Assembly (NCBI GenBank): GCA_965247335.1
Contig: CBDFGU010000009.1
Span: forward strand, 851,243-915,242
Source: Rickettsiales bacterium
GTDB taxonomy: Bacteria > Pseudomonadota > Alphaproteobacteria > Rickettsiales > UBA3002
Length of the DNA stretch: 64,000 nt
Reading direction: 5' to 3'
Shown: positions 51,985-63,929 of the stretch, in pieces
How positions within the stretch are numbered: position 1 is the first letter of the stretch
How the letters are laid out: the number at the start of each line of letters is the position of its first letter
Position numbers and translations under genes: made by a program
Notes under the pieces: generated by a model
Told to the model about the DNA's origin: nothing
What the model saw: the letters and a program-made list of their open reading frames with translations, nothing else
The model's database searches: none

Positions 51985-52830
51985 ATGACCGAAACATCGA
52001 ACCTAACGGGCCTTATCGGCTATCCTGTTGCCCATTCGCTTTCGCCCCACATCCATGCGTACTGGATCGCAGAACATAAGCTCGAAAGCGACTATAAACT
52101 TTTCACCACCGCTCCGGCACGCCTGCGCCAGACCATGCAGCATATGCGCAAAAAAAATGTCGCGGGAATCAACATCACGATTCCGCATAAACAGAACGTG
52201 ATCGAGTATCTGGATAGCGTTGATGACACCGCAAAAAAAATCGGCGCGGTGAATACCGTCATCAATAAGAACGGCAAATTTGTCGGCACCAATACGGATG
52301 CGTATGGCTTCATCACTAACCTGCGCGAAGGCCTCACCGGCAAGACCGACGGCGACATTCAGCCGTTCCTGAAAAATGTTGTTATCCTTGGGGCCGGCGG
52401 TGCAACCCGCGCGGCGACCCTTGCGCTCAAAGAAGCCGGTGCTATCACCATCACGTTGGTCAACCGTAGCAACGAAGCGGCGGTGACGCTCGCCAGCCAT
52501 TTTGGTGTGGCCTCCCGGCCGTGGGATGTACGCAACGAAGCGCTCGCCGAAGCAACCTTGCTAATCAATACGACCAGCCTCGGCATGAAGGATTACGACG
52601 AGCTGGATATCGATCTTGGCAAATTACCCAAAACCGCCGCCGTGCATGATATTGTGTATGCACCGCTCGAAACCGAACTGCTCAAAAAGGCAAAAAAACG
52701 CGGCAACAAAACTGTCGATGGTTTGGGTATGTTGCTCTACCAGGCGCAAGCAGCCTTTGAAAAATGGCACGATGTGCGACCCGCCGTAACCAAGGAATTA
52801 CGCAAGCATGTATTGGAGATGAGTGCATGA
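51985..52830 (+). CDS. aroE: shikimate dehydrogenase
   Basis: 281 aa. It has LIGYPVAHSLSPHIH, NITIPHK, and the GAGGATRA NADP-binding loop. Confidence 0.9.
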   Translation: MTETSNLTGLIGYPVAHSLSPHIHAYWIAEHKLESDYKLFTTAPARLRQTMQHMRKKNVAGINITIPHKQNVIEYLDSVDDTAKKIGAVNTVINKNGKFVGTNTDAYGFITNLREGLTGKTDGDIQPFLKNVVILGAGGATRAATLALKEAGAITITLVNRSNEAAVTLASHFGVASRPWDVRNEALAEATLLINTTSLGMKDYDELDIDLGKLPKTAAVHDIVYAPLETELLKKAKKRGNKTVDGLGMLLYQAQAAFEKWHDVRPAVTKELRKHVLEMSA

Positions 52831-53468
52831 GCGCGCGGCGCTGGTCGGCAGGCCCGGCCGCAACCAGCAAAAAACCCATGGTGATCGGCGTGACCGGTGG
52901 CATGGCCAGCGGTAAATCGACCGTCGCCCGCATGTTCGCTGGCCGCGGGATCGCCCATGTCGATGCGGACCAACTCGTCCATCACTTGATGCGCTATGAC
53001 CGCGCGATGATCGACGAAATTGCTGCAGCATTCCCGGCCGCCACAATGAGCGGCTGCCCGATCGACCGTGACGCACTCGCCCGAGAAATCACCAACAATC
53101 CAAAAATGCTAAGTGTTTTGGAATCCATTATCCACCCCCGTGTCCGCGGTGCCGAGGAACGCGCCATCAGGATCGCCCGCCGCAACGGCCTGCGTGCCGT
53201 CATCCTCGATATCCCGCTATTGTTCGAAACCGATGCCCAGTATCTGTGCGACGTGATCGTCGTCGCCCATGCGCCGCTGCCCCACCGCAAACGCCGCGCC
53301 CTCACGCGCGCCGGGATGACCGAAGAAAAATGGCGACGCCTGCTCGACCGCCAGCTAAGCGATCACGTGCGGAACCACGCGGCGGATGTGGTTATCTCGA
53401 CCGCGATCGGCAAAGGTGCCACTCGTGTGCGGGTGAAACAACTGATGAAGCGATGGAACCTGCAGTAA
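52827..53468 (+). CDS. coaE: dephospho-CoA kinase
   Basis: The ATG at 52827 overlaps the aroE stop (ATGA). The P-loop is IGVTGGMASGKSTV. An alternative start lies at 52878. Confidence 0.88.
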   Translation: MSARRWSAGPAATSKKPMVIGVTGGMASGKSTVARMFAGRGIAHVDADQLVHHLMRYDRAMIDEIAAAFPAATMSGCPIDRDALAREITNNPKMLSVLESIIHPRVRGAEERAIRIARRNGLRAVILDIPLLFETDAQYLCDVIVVAHAPLPHRKRRALTRAGMTEEKWRRLLDRQLSDHVRNHAADVVISTAIGKGATRVRVKQLMKRWNLQ

Positions 53469-53524
53469 GGCGCCAGCGAGCGGAGAAAACCAATGAAGCC
53501 CGCGAAATGCAAAACCAGACAAAA

Positions 53525-53902
53525 CTAATTACAAGTTGCGCCACGCGTCGGTATATAGGCGTTTCCCAGCGCACCACCACCGACTGCACCCGCTGCTGTG
53601 GTCAATCCGCGACCGCCGCCTTTGCCGAAGGCGCTGCCGACGAGGCCGCCAGCGACCGCACCGCCGACCGTGCCGACGATGTTATGGTCGTCACAGGAAG
53701 GACGGGTTGCAGGGCGTCCCGCTGCCGGCTGGGCAGCGGCATACTGGCCAGTGCGCGGATGATGAATTACCGCTTGTTGCGCTGGCGGTGGTGCCGAAGC
53801 TTCCATGGTGCTGCTGGTGTAATATGATGAACCTACGGCAGTACCGGCGATAACGGCAAGGGCCGCAGCACCGATAAGGACATATTTTACGGTCGGTTTC
53901 AT
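53525..53902 (-). CDS. glycine-zipper 2TM / 17-kDa-surface-antigen-like outer membrane protein
   Basis: The ATG at 53902 is preceded by AGGAG. It has a signal peptide (MKPTVKYVLIGAAALAVIAG) and a glycine zipper (VGGAVAGGLVGSAFGKGGGRGLTTAAGAVGGGALG). Confidence 0.7.
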   Translation of the reverse strand: MKPTVKYVLIGAAALAVIAGTAVGSSYYTSSTMEASAPPPAQQAVIHHPRTGQYAAAQPAAGRPATRPSCDDHNIVGTVGGAVAGGLVGSAFGKGGGRGLTTAAGAVGGGALGNAYIPTRGATCN

Positions 53903-54050
53903 AACAATGCTCCTATAGTTTTTCGCAACATCTACGATATGTACGGTAAATTCAGTCAAAATACAGACTTTAATCGGGCATTACCGATAAGCAGCGCATA
54001 AGTTTCACAGTATTGTTGCCTGAAAAGTCACCACTCCCTAAATTCCACTT

Positions 54051-54743
54051 ATGAGAGAAATCGTCCTCGACACCGAGACCACTGGCCTCGACCCCGCCTC
54101 CGGCCACCGCATCGTCGAGATCGGTTGCGTCGAGATGATCGGCCATATCCGCACCGGCAACCATTACCACACCTACCTCAATCCCGAGCGCGATATGCCG
54201 ATGGAAGCGCAGAATATCCATGGCCTGACCAGTGAATTCCTTAAGGACAAACCGCTATTCCGCAATGTTGCTTCCTCGTTTCTCGAGTTCGTCGGCGATT
54301 CACCGCTCGTCATCCATAATGCCGGATTCGACCTGAAATTTCTCAATCATGAACTGAACGCGCTCGACCTGCCGCTGATCGATTTCGCCCGCGCGACGGA
54401 TACCGTCCTCATCGCCCGCCGCATGTTTCCGGGCTCGCCGGCGAACCTCGATGCATTGTGCAAACGCTTCGGCGTCGATGCCACCGCCCGTACCAAGCAC
54501 GGCGCATTGCTCGATGCCGAACTGCTCGCCGATGTGTACCTCGAACTTAAAGGCGGCCGCCAATCGAGCATGGCGGGCCTCATGCAGGCGAGTGCCACCG
54601 TGCATGATGGACAGGGCATCGAACTCACCTTCACCGGTCATAGCGATATCCCGGTGCGCCACTTCCTGCCGAGCCTCGAGGAGATCGCAGCGCATAAGGC
54701 CATGATCGATAAATTGAAAGATCCTATCTGGCGGATGCAGTGA
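54051..54743 (+). CDS. dnaQ: DNA polymerase III epsilon subunit (3'-5' exonuclease)
   Basis: 230 aa. It has Exo I MREIVLDTETTGLD, Exo II VIHNAGFDLKFL and Exo III HGALLDAELLADVY. Confidence 0.92.
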   Translation: MREIVLDTETTGLDPASGHRIVEIGCVEMIGHIRTGNHYHTYLNPERDMPMEAQNIHGLTSEFLKDKPLFRNVASSFLEFVGDSPLVIHNAGFDLKFLNHELNALDLPLIDFARATDTVLIARRMFPGSPANLDALCKRFGVDATARTKHGALLDAELLADVYLELKGGRQSSMAGLMQASATVHDGQGIELTFTGHSDIPVRHFLPSLEEIAAHKAMIDKLKDPIWRMQ

Positions 54744-54885
54744 TGTGGAGCGATGCGGTATCGATTATTGCTAGATATTGATTCTGCTAAAAATCTTCGG
54801 CGTGGGAAAAGTGGGGATAAGTCGCAACGCCGCCGCACGCCTGAGCCGTCGGCGCCACGTTCCTGAAATCACCGCAAAATAGGGC

Positions 54886-54913
54886 TTGCATCGTCGGTGC
54901 GCTCCCCTATAGA
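54886..54913 (+). promoter_or_regulatory. possible sigma70-type promoter of the atp operon
   Basis: TTGCAT - 16 nt - TATAGA lies about 45 nt upstream of the atpH start. This is resemblance only. Confidence 0.3.
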
Positions 54914-54957
54914 TTCCGCGCGCGAAAAAGACCCCGATAAAAACAGGAAAAATCCCC

Positions 54958-55515
54958 GTGAGCATGAATCGCACCGATGCTATCCAGATCTCCCGCCGCT
55001 ACGCGACGGCGATGTTTGACCTGGCCGTAGACGCGAAAAAAGAGAAGACCCTGGTTGAGGAATTCTCGACCCTGGCCCAAGCCATTGCGGAGAACGCGGA
55101 ACTGGCCGATGCGCTGGCCAACCCGACCATCCATCACAGCCAGAAGGCGGCCGTGCTGGCAGCGCTGGTGAAAAAGGGCGATGCGCTGACCAAGAAAGCT
55201 GTCGCGGCCATCGTTGACGGCGGCCGGGCCGACCTGATTCCGACCATTGCGGAAGACCTGCAACAACGCCTTTCCACCCATAACAATGAAGTCGAAGCTG
55301 TCGTCACCTCGGCCCGCTCCTTGAGCACGACGACGCAAAAACAACTCGTCCAGTCCCTCACCGAAGCCACCGGCAAAACGGTGAAGCTGAAATTAAAAGA
55401 GGACGCGAGCGTCCTCGGCGGCCTGTCGATCGAACTCGGCTCGCTGCGCCTCGACGCCACGTTGGCCGGCGCACTCAACACCATGCGTGAGCAACTGCTC
55501 GCCCCCACCCATTAA
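54958..55515 (+). CDS. atpH: F1 ATP synthase delta subunit (OSCP)
   Basis: 185 aa. It has ISRRYATAMFDLA. The start is GTG at 54958 (AGGAAA upstream) or ATG at 54964. Confidence 0.88.
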   Translation: MSMNRTDAIQISRRYATAMFDLAVDAKKEKTLVEEFSTLAQAIAENAELADALANPTIHHSQKAAVLAALVKKGDALTKKAVAAIVDGGRADLIPTIAEDLQQRLSTHNNEVEAVVTSARSLSTTTQKQLVQSLTEATGKTVKLKLKEDASVLGGLSIELGSLRLDATLAGALNTMREQLLAPTH

Positions 55516-55534
55516 GTTAAACTAGGAGTTACCC

Positions 55535-57064
55535 ATGGAAATTCGTCCTTCAGAAATTTCGGACATCTTGAAAGCCCAGATCGCAGGTATCGACGGTGGC
55601 GCCAGCCTCGCCGAAGTCGGCCGCGTCGTTTCGGTCGGGGATGGCATCGCGACCATCTATGGCCTCGAAAACGTGCAGGCAGGCGAGATGGTCGAGTTCG
55701 ATGGCGGCATCAAAGGCATGGCCTTGAACCTCGAGACCGACTCGGTCGGCGTCGTGATCTTTGGTTCCGATACCACCATCAAGGAAGGCTCGTCGTGCAA
55801 ACGTACCGGCTCGGTGGTAGATGTGCCGGTTGGCCCGGAACTGCTCGGCCGCGTTGTCGATCCGCTCGGCAACCCGATCGATGGCAAGGGCCCGATCAAC
55901 GCGAAAAAACGTAGCCGCGTCGAGACCAAAGCGCCCGGCATCGTCTACCGTAAATCGGTGCATGAACCCGTGCAGACCGGCATCAAATCCATCGATGCGC
56001 TCGTGCCGATCGGCCGTGGTCAGCGCGAACTGATCATCGGGGATCGCCAGACCGGCAAGACCGCGATCGCGATCGATACCATCCTCAACCAGAAAGCTGC
56101 GCACGAAGCTGGCGACAAGACCAAGCAGCTGTTCTGCGTCTATGTCGCCATCGGCCAGAAACGCTCGACCGTCGCGCAAGTGGTGAAAAAACTCGAAGAG
56201 ACCGGCGCGATGAAGTACACCATCGTTATCGCCGCGACCGCATCGGAAGCAGCGCCATTGCAATATCTCGCACCGTATTCGGGTGCGGCCATGGGCGAGT
56301 ATTTCCGCGATAACGCGCAACACGCCCTTATCATCTATGATGATCTGTCGAAACAGGCCGTTGCCTACCGCCAGATGTCGCTCCTCCTGCGCCGTCCACC
56401 GGGCCGTGAAGCCTACCCGGGTGACGTCTTTTACGTCCATAGCCGCCTGCTCGAACGCGCCGCGAAAATGTCGGACGATAAAGGTGCGGGTTCGCTCACC
56501 GCGCTGCCGATCATCGAAACGCAAGCCGGTGACGTCTCCGCCTACATCCCGACCAACGTGATCTCGATCACCGACGGCCAGATCTTCCTCGAGACTGAGC
56601 TGTTCTATAAAGGCGTCCGCCCCGCGGTGAACGTTGGTCTGTCCGTGTCCCGCGTCGGTTCGTCGGCCCAGGTGAAGGCGATGAAACAAGTTGCCGGTAC
56701 CATCAAGCTCGATCTCGCCCAGTTCCGTGAGATGGAAGCCTTCGCCCAGTTCGGTTCCGACCTCGATGCCTCGACCCAAAAACTGCTGGCCCGTGGTTCG
56801 CGCCTGACCGAACTCCTGAAGCAGGCGCAATACTCGCCGCTGCAGATGGAAGAGCAGGTCTGCGTGATCTATGCCGGGGTGAAAGGCTATCTTGACGATG
56901 TGCCGCTGAACAAGGTCGGCGCCTTCGAGGCCGATTTGTTGCGTGACCTGCGCTCGCATCAGACGCTGCTGGCGACCATTAAAAAAGAAGAGAAGCTGAC
57001 CGATGCCTCGGAAGCGGATCTCAAAAAAGCCATCGAAACCGTCAAGACCCGTTTTGCAGCATAA
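55535..57064 (+). CDS. atpA: F1 ATP synthase alpha subunit
   Basis: 509 aa, with Walker [15 protein letters not shown]. Confidence 0.96.
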   Translation: MEIRPSEISDILKAQIAGIDGGASLAEVGRVVSVGDGIATIYGLENVQAGEMVEFDGGIKGMALNLETDSVGVVIFGSDTTIKEGSSCKRTGSVVDVPVGPELLGRVVDPLGNPIDGKGPINAKKRSRVETKAPGIVYRKSVHEPVQTGIKSIDALVPIGRGQRELIIGDRQTGKTAIAIDTILNQKAAHEAGDKTKQLFCVYVAIGQKRSTVAQVVKKLEETGAMKYTIVIAATASEAAPLQYLAPYSGAAMGEYFRDNAQHALIIYDDLSKQAVAYRQMSLLLRRPPGREAYPGDVFYVHSRLLERAAKMSDDKGAGSLTALPIIETQAGDVSAYIPTNVISITDGQIFLETELFYKGVRPAVNVGLSVSRVGSSAQVKAMKQVAGTIKLDLAQFREMEAFAQFGSDLDASTQKLLARGSRLTELLKQAQYSPLQMEEQVCVIYAGVKGYLDDVPLNKVGAFEADLLRDLRSHQTLLATIKKEEKLTDASEADLKKAIETVKTRFAA

Positions 57065-57073
57065 GGATAATCC

Positions 57074-57943
57074 ATGCCATCGTTGAAGGACCTCAAGGTC
57101 CGCATCAAGAGCGTGAAATCCACGCAGAAGATCACCAAGGCGATGAAGATGGTCGCCGCGGCGAAACTGCGCCGGGCGCGGGAAGCGGCGGAAGCTGCAC
57201 GGCCCTATGCGCTCGCCATGGAAGGCATGGTGCAACGCTTGGCTACCGCAGCCGCCGGTCAGGCCAATCTGCCGAAGCTGCTTGCCGGCACGGGTGCCGA
57301 CAAGCACGAACTGCTCATCGTCGTCACCGCCGATCGTGGCCTGTCGGGCGCGTTTAATTCTTCGGTCGTCCGCGCCGCGCGTAAGTACATTCGCGAACAG
57401 CAGGCCGCAGGCAAAAACGTGAAACTGTTTACCGTGGGCCGCAAGGGTCGTGACTGGCTGGGCGAGTACAAAGCCAACTTCCTCGGCACCCGCACCGACC
57501 TCGCCAAGACCACCAGTTACGAAACTGCCGATGCCATCGCGCAGGAGATCTTTAAGGAACTTGAGGCCGGGAATATCGACCGCATCACTATGGTCTATAA
57601 CCAGTTCAAATCGGTCATTTCGCAGATCGTCACCTTCCAGCAGCTCATGCCACTTGCCGTCAAGCAAACGGAATCAAAAGAAGCGCCGCTACCATACGAG
57701 TTCGAGCCAAGCGAAGAAGAAATCCTCGCCGACCTTCTCCCACGTAATTTCGCCATGCAGCTCTTCAGCGCGATGCTCGAGAACAACGCCGGCTTCTACG
57801 GCGCGCAGATGAACGCCATGGAGAACGCGACCAAGAACGCGGGCGAGATGATCAAGAAACTGACGCTGAAATATAACCGCACCCGTCAGGCGAACATCAC
57901 CAAAGAACTCATCGAAATCATTTCCGGCGCGGAGGCGATTTAG
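57074..57943 (+). CDS. atpG: F1 ATP synthase gamma subunit
   Basis: 289 aa. It has MPSLKDLKVRIKSVKSTQKITKAMKMVAAAKLRRA, and the C-terminus is ITKELIEIISGAEAI. Confidence 0.95.
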   Translation: MPSLKDLKVRIKSVKSTQKITKAMKMVAAAKLRRAREAAEAARPYALAMEGMVQRLATAAAGQANLPKLLAGTGADKHELLIVVTADRGLSGAFNSSVVRAARKYIREQQAAGKNVKLFTVGRKGRDWLGEYKANFLGTRTDLAKTTSYETADAIAQEIFKELEAGNIDRITMVYNQFKSVISQIVTFQQLMPLAVKQTESKEAPLPYEFEPSEEEILADLLPRNFAMQLFSAMLENNAGFYGAQMNAMENATKNAGEMIKKLTLKYNRTRQANITKELIEIISGAEAI

Positions 57944-58369
57944 GTGAAATTGCTCGCCATAGCCATTTTTGTCGCACTGCTTTCCGGCGCGTGTATTACG
58001 CATGCCGAAGAGATCAGTGATAAGCAAAAAGCCAAGCAAGTTATGGGAAAGATCATCAATCAATGTGCCACTATTACGGGCGCTAATTACTTGAACCAAA
58101 AGTGCAAACAATTGACAGATCAGCCGGGCGACCAATTAAGTGAAGAGCCTGCATACTGTCAGGAGAAAATTTCCAAAATCATGGGTCCAAATCCTAAATT
58201 TATAGCGCAGCTAGACAGGTCCGCGCACGAAGTCGCCGATAAAACAGAATGCAATGAAAAATCCAAAACTATCATTATCCAAAGCTTTAATATGTCTGTG
58301 CCCCTACATGACGCTTTGAGCAAACTTGTTAACGGACCCAACACAACGGACCTAAGAAATCCGCATTAG
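57944..58369 (+). CDS. hypothetical exported Cys-rich protein (141 aa) inserted between atpG and atpD
   Basis: The GTG start directly abuts the atpG stop, with GGAGG 8 nt upstream. It has a signal peptide, MKLLAIAIFVALLSGAC, followed by four further Cys. The region is visibly AT-richer than atpG and atpD. Confidence 0.5.
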   Translation: MKLLAIAIFVALLSGACITHAEEISDKQKAKQVMGKIINQCATITGANYLNQKCKQLTDQPGDQLSEEPAYCQEKISKIMGPNPKFIAQLDRSAHEVADKTECNEKSKTIIIQSFNMSVPLHDALSKLVNGPNTTDLRNPH

Positions 58370-58381
58370 GCTAAATTTTAA

Positions 58382-59839
<1,458 letters not shown>

Positions 59840-59842
59840 GTC

Positions 59843-60259
59843 ATGGCAACCACCCCATCGTCGTTTCATTTGAAAATCATCTCGCCAGCCGAAGTGTTGG
59901 TCGATGCCGAAGTACCGCTTGTTCAGGTACCAGGCGTCGAGGGGGATTTCGGCGTGCTACCGGGCCATTCTCCGCTCTTCTCGATGATCCGTCCCGGTGT
60001 CATTAATGTGAAAATGGCGGATGGACAAACCCGCCGTTTCTTCGCGAAATCCGGGTATGCGGATGTGACGCCGACCAGTTGCACCGTGCTTTCGGACCAT
60101 ATCCAGGATATGAAAAACATTGCCCAGGGTACAGCGGAGACCGCATTGACCGAGGCCAAGACGGCGCTCGCCAAGGCAGAGACCGCCATCGATCGCGCTG
60201 CCGCTGAGAAGCTGTTGCAATCGGCCGAGGCCCTCGTCACGGCTATGAAAGCCGCCTAG
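59843..60259 (+). CDS. atpC: F1 ATP synthase epsilon subunit
   Basis: 138 aa. It has FHLKIISPAEVLVDAEVPLVQVPGVEGDFGVLPGHSP. Confidence 0.92.
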   Translation: MATTPSSFHLKIISPAEVLVDAEVPLVQVPGVEGDFGVLPGHSPLFSMIRPGVINVKMADGQTRRFFAKSGYADVTPTSCTVLSDHIQDMKNIAQGTAETALTEAKTALAKAETAIDRAAAEKLLQSAEALVTAMKAA

Positions 60260-60336
60260 TCCTTCGAATACTTATGCTTTCCTTATACTGGCACGCCGCT
60301 TGCATTTGGTGATCCAACTGTACCCAGGAGCCATTC

Positions 60337-61044
60337 ATGCAATCAGGAATCGACAGTAGCCGCCTTCGTATCGCCGCTGAGACCGCCATGCCGAGCAAAG
60401 CCGATACGCCAGCGGATGTTTACGCGGATGCCTATCCCACTCAGACCGCATCGTCCTGCTTGAAAACGTCGACCAAAGCGGCGTGCATGACGACCGCCGA
60501 TGCTACCGCTGCTAACACAGGATTTTTCGGACCGCAGGGCCCAAGCTTCCGCGACGTGCTCGATGCCATCAACCCGCTGAACCAGATTCCGGGCGTTTCC
60601 GACATCCTCGCCAGCACGACCGGCCATGAACCCTCGACCGCCGCGAAACTTGCCGGCGGCGCCATTGGTGCCCTTATCGGCGGCCCGATCAGCCTTGTGG
60701 CAAGCCTGGCCAGTATCATCTTCGAAAGTGGGACGGGCAAGAGCCCAGCCAACGCCGTTTATGCCGCCGTCGCTGGCGATACGGACGCGGGCGACGTACA
60801 GGTAGCGAAAGCCGATACAGCGGTCGTACCGGTTGAGGCAACGGAATTGGCCTCACTCGAACCGGCAGCGAATTCCGCGTCTAATGCTTTAGATGCTGCG
60901 AATGCAACGGCGCGTCTGCCGCAATCGACGAATAACCCGGTGCTTGATCTCTACGGTGCCAGCACCAGTTCGGCCCATGCGTCCTATAAAAAAGCACAAT
61001 TCCTGCCGTATCTGCGCGACGTGAATCATACGAATGTAATGTAG
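60337..61044 (+). CDS. hypothetical protein (235 aa)
   Basis: The ORF is in the track, with CAGGAG upstream. It has a central block, SFRDVLDAINPLNQIPGVS, and a glycine-rich hydrophobic segment, LAGGAIGALIGGPISLVASLASIIF. No family was named. Confidence 0.5.
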   Translation: MQSGIDSSRLRIAAETAMPSKADTPADVYADAYPTQTASSCLKTSTKAACMTTADATAANTGFFGPQGPSFRDVLDAINPLNQIPGVSDILASTTGHEPSTAAKLAGGAIGALIGGPISLVASLASIIFESGTGKSPANAVYAAVAGDTDAGDVQVAKADTAVVPVEATELASLEPAANSASNALDAANATARLPQSTNNPVLDLYGASTSSAHASYKKAQFLPYLRDVNHTNVM

Positions 61045-61225
61045 CTCTGATAGTGGATGATCGGCTACGCCGCAGTGAATAACAGTGTCATTCGTAACCA
61101 GATATTCCCGACTAAAGTCCGATCACGCAGTTGCTCCTTGCGTTTCGCTTATTTAATACAACCTTACGGCAATGGAATCCTAATGCGCCGACCCGCATGC
61201 TCATTAGGTAAATCATGGGGAAGCA

Positions 61226-61711
61226 ATGAAATTCACCAATCCAAAACATAAAAATCGTAAAGTTGTTAAAGCTGGCCTATTCGACCACGCCGCCACTGCA
61301 ATCTCGCGCTTTGCCGGATTGCCCGTAACGTTCTTCACGGCGGTGTTCATCGTTATTGTCTGGGCTATTTCAGGGCCAATTTTTGACTATTCGGAAACCT
61401 GGCAACTGGTCATCAATACCGGCACCACCATCATTACGTTCCTGCTATTGTTCGTCGTCCAAAGTACGCAGAACCGCGATACCACGGCGTTACAACTCAA
61501 GCTCGATGCCATTATCTTCGTGCTCACCGGGTGTGATAACGATCTCATCAATGCGGAGGACCTGACGTTAAAAGAGCTTGAAGGCAAAGTGGCCGACTTC
61601 AAGAGCAAGGCAAATACCTCGACCCCGCATGCCCGTAGCAAGCGCTTCTCACAGCTGACATCAAAAAAGCCGAAGATGCGCCAAGCCAAGCCGCGCAAGG
61701 AATTGCCGTAA
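61226..61711 (+). CDS. low-affinity iron permease family protein
   Basis: 161 aa. It has WAISGPIFDYSETWQLVINTGTTIITFLLLFVVQSTQNRDTTALQLKLDAII, which matches the family signature as I remember it. Confidence 0.75.
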   Translation: MKFTNPKHKNRKVVKAGLFDHAATAISRFAGLPVTFFTAVFIVIVWAISGPIFDYSETWQLVINTGTTIITFLLLFVVQSTQNRDTTALQLKLDAIIFVLTGCDNDLINAEDLTLKELEGKVADFKSKANTSTPHARSKRFSQLTSKKPKMRQAKPRKELP

Positions 61712-62383
61712 TCAGTGCCGACTCCCGAATAGCGCCGTGCCAATGCGCACCATCGTGGCCCCCAAACGGATCGCCGACTCGAAGTCACTACTCATGCCCA
61801 TGCTGAGTTCCTTCACGCCGAATTCATCGGCCATCTTTTTCAGTAACGCGAAATGCGGCGCAGGATTAGCGCCATCGGGCGGCACGCACATCAGGCCAGT
61901 AATAGGCAGGCTCAGTTCGCGGCAATGGGCCAATAAAAAAGCCACATCGCGCGGGGCGACCCCGGCTTTTTGGGGTTCCTCGCCGGTATTGACCTGAATC
62001 AGGAAACTTGGGCGTTTTCCCAGTTTATGACAGGCGGCAGCCAGCGCTTGAACGATCTTCGGGCGGTCCACTGTCTGAATGACATCGAACAACGCTACGG
62101 CATCCTCGGCCTTGTTTGATTGCAGCGCCCCAATAAGGTGCAGGCGCACCGGCGGATAGCGTGCTTTAAGCGCAGGCCATTTCCCCTGCGCTTCTTGCAC
62201 TTTGTTTTCGCCGAAATCGTTCAATCCTAGCGCAATAGCTGCTGCCAAGAGCTCTACAGGCTGGTTTTTGCTGGCCCCAACGAGAATAGGATGGGACAGC
62301 GCTGAAGGCTTAGCATCTGCCACTCGCTGTTGCAGGGATGCAAGGGTTGTGGCAAGGAGGCCATACTGGGGGTGGGTGTTCAT
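61712..62383 (-). CDS. yggS: YggS-family pyridoxal-phosphate homeostasis protein
   Basis: The ATG at 62383 is preferred; the ORF opens with TTG at 62401. It has VGASKNQP, FGENKVQEA, HLIGALQSNK and LSMGMSSDFESAIRLGATMVRIGTALFG. Confidence 0.88.
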   Translation of the reverse strand: MNTHPQYGLLATTLASLQQRVADAKPSALSHPILVGASKNQPVELLAAAIALGLNDFGENKVQEAQGKWPALKARYPPVRLHLIGALQSNKAEDAVALFDVIQTVDRPKIVQALAAACHKLGKRPSFLIQVNTGEEPQKAGVAPRDVAFLLAHCRELSLPITGLMCVPPDGANPAPHFALLKKMADEFGVKELSMGMSSDFESAIRLGATMVRIGTALFGSRH

Positions 62384-62654
62384 AGTTTTATAGAAATACA
62401 ATGACTTAAAAGATTAGTCCAGTCCTTCTATTACCCGTAACCGCTTTGTGGCAGAACTGCAACAGCCCGTTTTTAAAGGGAGGTTCGAAGCAATAAAAAG
62501 CTTGGGCGCACTTGATTGAGATGGGCCATCGGCTAATAAATGGGCCCGTGGAACATGGTGAAGCATTTCGGTGCGGCTCCTCGTTCATATTCGGGTAATG
62601 GTGTGCATGTTGTGTGTCATTACGTTTATTGTTTCATTAAAGAAGGAACTGATC

Positions 62655-63806
62655 ATGAAAAAAATTCTTTTAGGTACAACGGGCCTTGTTGCTGTTGCAC
62701 TGCTCGCTACGGCAGCTTCGGCAGAAACCCCTAAAGTAACCCTCGGCGGCTTCTCGGATTTCCAGGCTGGCTGGGTTAACGACGATCAAGATGCTGGCCA
62801 ACAATCGGTTGGTTTCCGCAACGATAACGAAATCACCGTTAAAGTTGATGGTAAAACGGATGGTGGCCTCGGCTACGGTGCGGAGATCGATCTCGAAGCC
62901 GACATCACGAATGATGCTGATAACCAAGGTACCAACGCGTCGCGTACCTTCACCTACCTTGAAGGCAACTGGGGTCGCGTAGAACTCGGTGGCAACAAGT
63001 CGGTTGCTTCGACGATGCGCGTTGACGCTTCGACCCTCGCTGCTGCTACCGGTGGTATCAACGGTGCATGGACCTACTTCGTGAATCCGGGCGCAGGCTT
63101 CGGTGCGGGTAGCCAGGGCTTCATCACCACCAGCAAACTGCCGGGCGAACATGGTTCGACCGCAGCACTGGGTGACGAGACCACCTACAACGCGACCAAA
63201 GTCAGCTACTACACCCCGAAATTTGTGGGCTTCCAGGCTGGCGTGAGCTACACCCCGAACCTTGCAGATCGTGGCCAAGCGGTTAACCGCGTTGACAACA
63301 ACGGCGAGAACAACGTTCTCGACTTCGGCCTCGGCTACGAAGGCACCTTCAGCGGCTTCAAGCTCGCTGCTGCTGGTACCTACGAAACTGCAAACGGCAA
63401 CGGCGGTGGCGCCGGCGGCGTTGCAGGTTACGGTTCGGACGATATCAACGCGTGGAACGTTGGCGGCCTCGTTGGCTGGCATAACTTCAGCGTTGCTGGT
63501 TCGTACGGTAACTGGTCGGATTCGGGTATCGCTGGTTCGGATGGCGATTACTATACCGCTGGTCTTGGTTGGACCGCTGGCCCAATCGGCGTTTCGGCGA
63601 CCTACATCGACTCGACGCTTAGCGGCACTGCTGCTACGCCGGGCGACAATGATTTCCGCAACGTTGTTCTCGGTGCGGAATATAAGCTTGCTGCTGGCCT
63701 TACCCCGTATGCTGAAGTCAGCTTCTACGACTTCGACGGCAACACCGGCACCGCTTATGACAACAAAGGTACGAGCGTAATTCTCGGTACCCAAGTTGCC
63801 TTCTAA
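62655..63806 (+). CDS. outer-membrane porin (alphaproteobacterial general porin type)
   Basis: The ATG at 62655 follows AAGAAGGAA. It has a signal peptide (MKKILLGTTGLVAVALLATAASA), alternating beta-strand patterning, and a C-terminal ...VILGTQVAF. Confidence 0.75.
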   Translation: MKKILLGTTGLVAVALLATAASAETPKVTLGGFSDFQAGWVNDDQDAGQQSVGFRNDNEITVKVDGKTDGGLGYGAEIDLEADITNDADNQGTNASRTFTYLEGNWGRVELGGNKSVASTMRVDASTLAAATGGINGAWTYFVNPGAGFGAGSQGFITTSKLPGEHGSTAALGDETTYNATKVSYYTPKFVGFQAGVSYTPNLADRGQAVNRVDNNGENNVLDFGLGYEGTFSGFKLAAAGTYETANGNGGGAGGVAGYGSDDINAWNVGGLVGWHNFSVAGSYGNWSDSGIAGSDGDYYTAGLGWTAGPIGVSATYIDSTLSGTAATPGDNDFRNVVLGAEYKLAAGLTPYAEVSFYDFDGNTGTAYDNKGTSVILGTQVAF

Positions 63807-63831
63807 GCGATTCGTTTAAGACAATGAGAGA

Positions 63832-63860
63832 GGGCGGTTCGTTAAGAACCGCCCTTTTTT
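63832..63860 (+). terminator. rho-independent terminator of the porin gene
   Basis: A perfect 9-bp stem, gggcggttc / gaaccgccc, has a 5-nt loop and is followed by tttttt. Confidence 0.8.
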
Positions 63861-63929
63861 ATTGCCACTCTTGCAAACTTTATGCGTATCGCTAGTGTGC
63901 GTTTTCTATCAACCACCTAAGGTACAATC

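Noticed and set aside
55550-57667. A 705-aa minus-strand ORF opposite atpA/atpG. Similar long antisense ORFs lie opposite sucC (42493..43698), mdh (43919..44905), hemH/hemE (48848..49981), sucB (37187..38218), lpdA (35152..36120) and icd (9474..10364).
   Set aside because: The sense strands encode unmistakable, full-length housekeeping proteins. The antisense ORFs are Arg/His/Asp-rich, stop-free frames typical of high-GC DNA.
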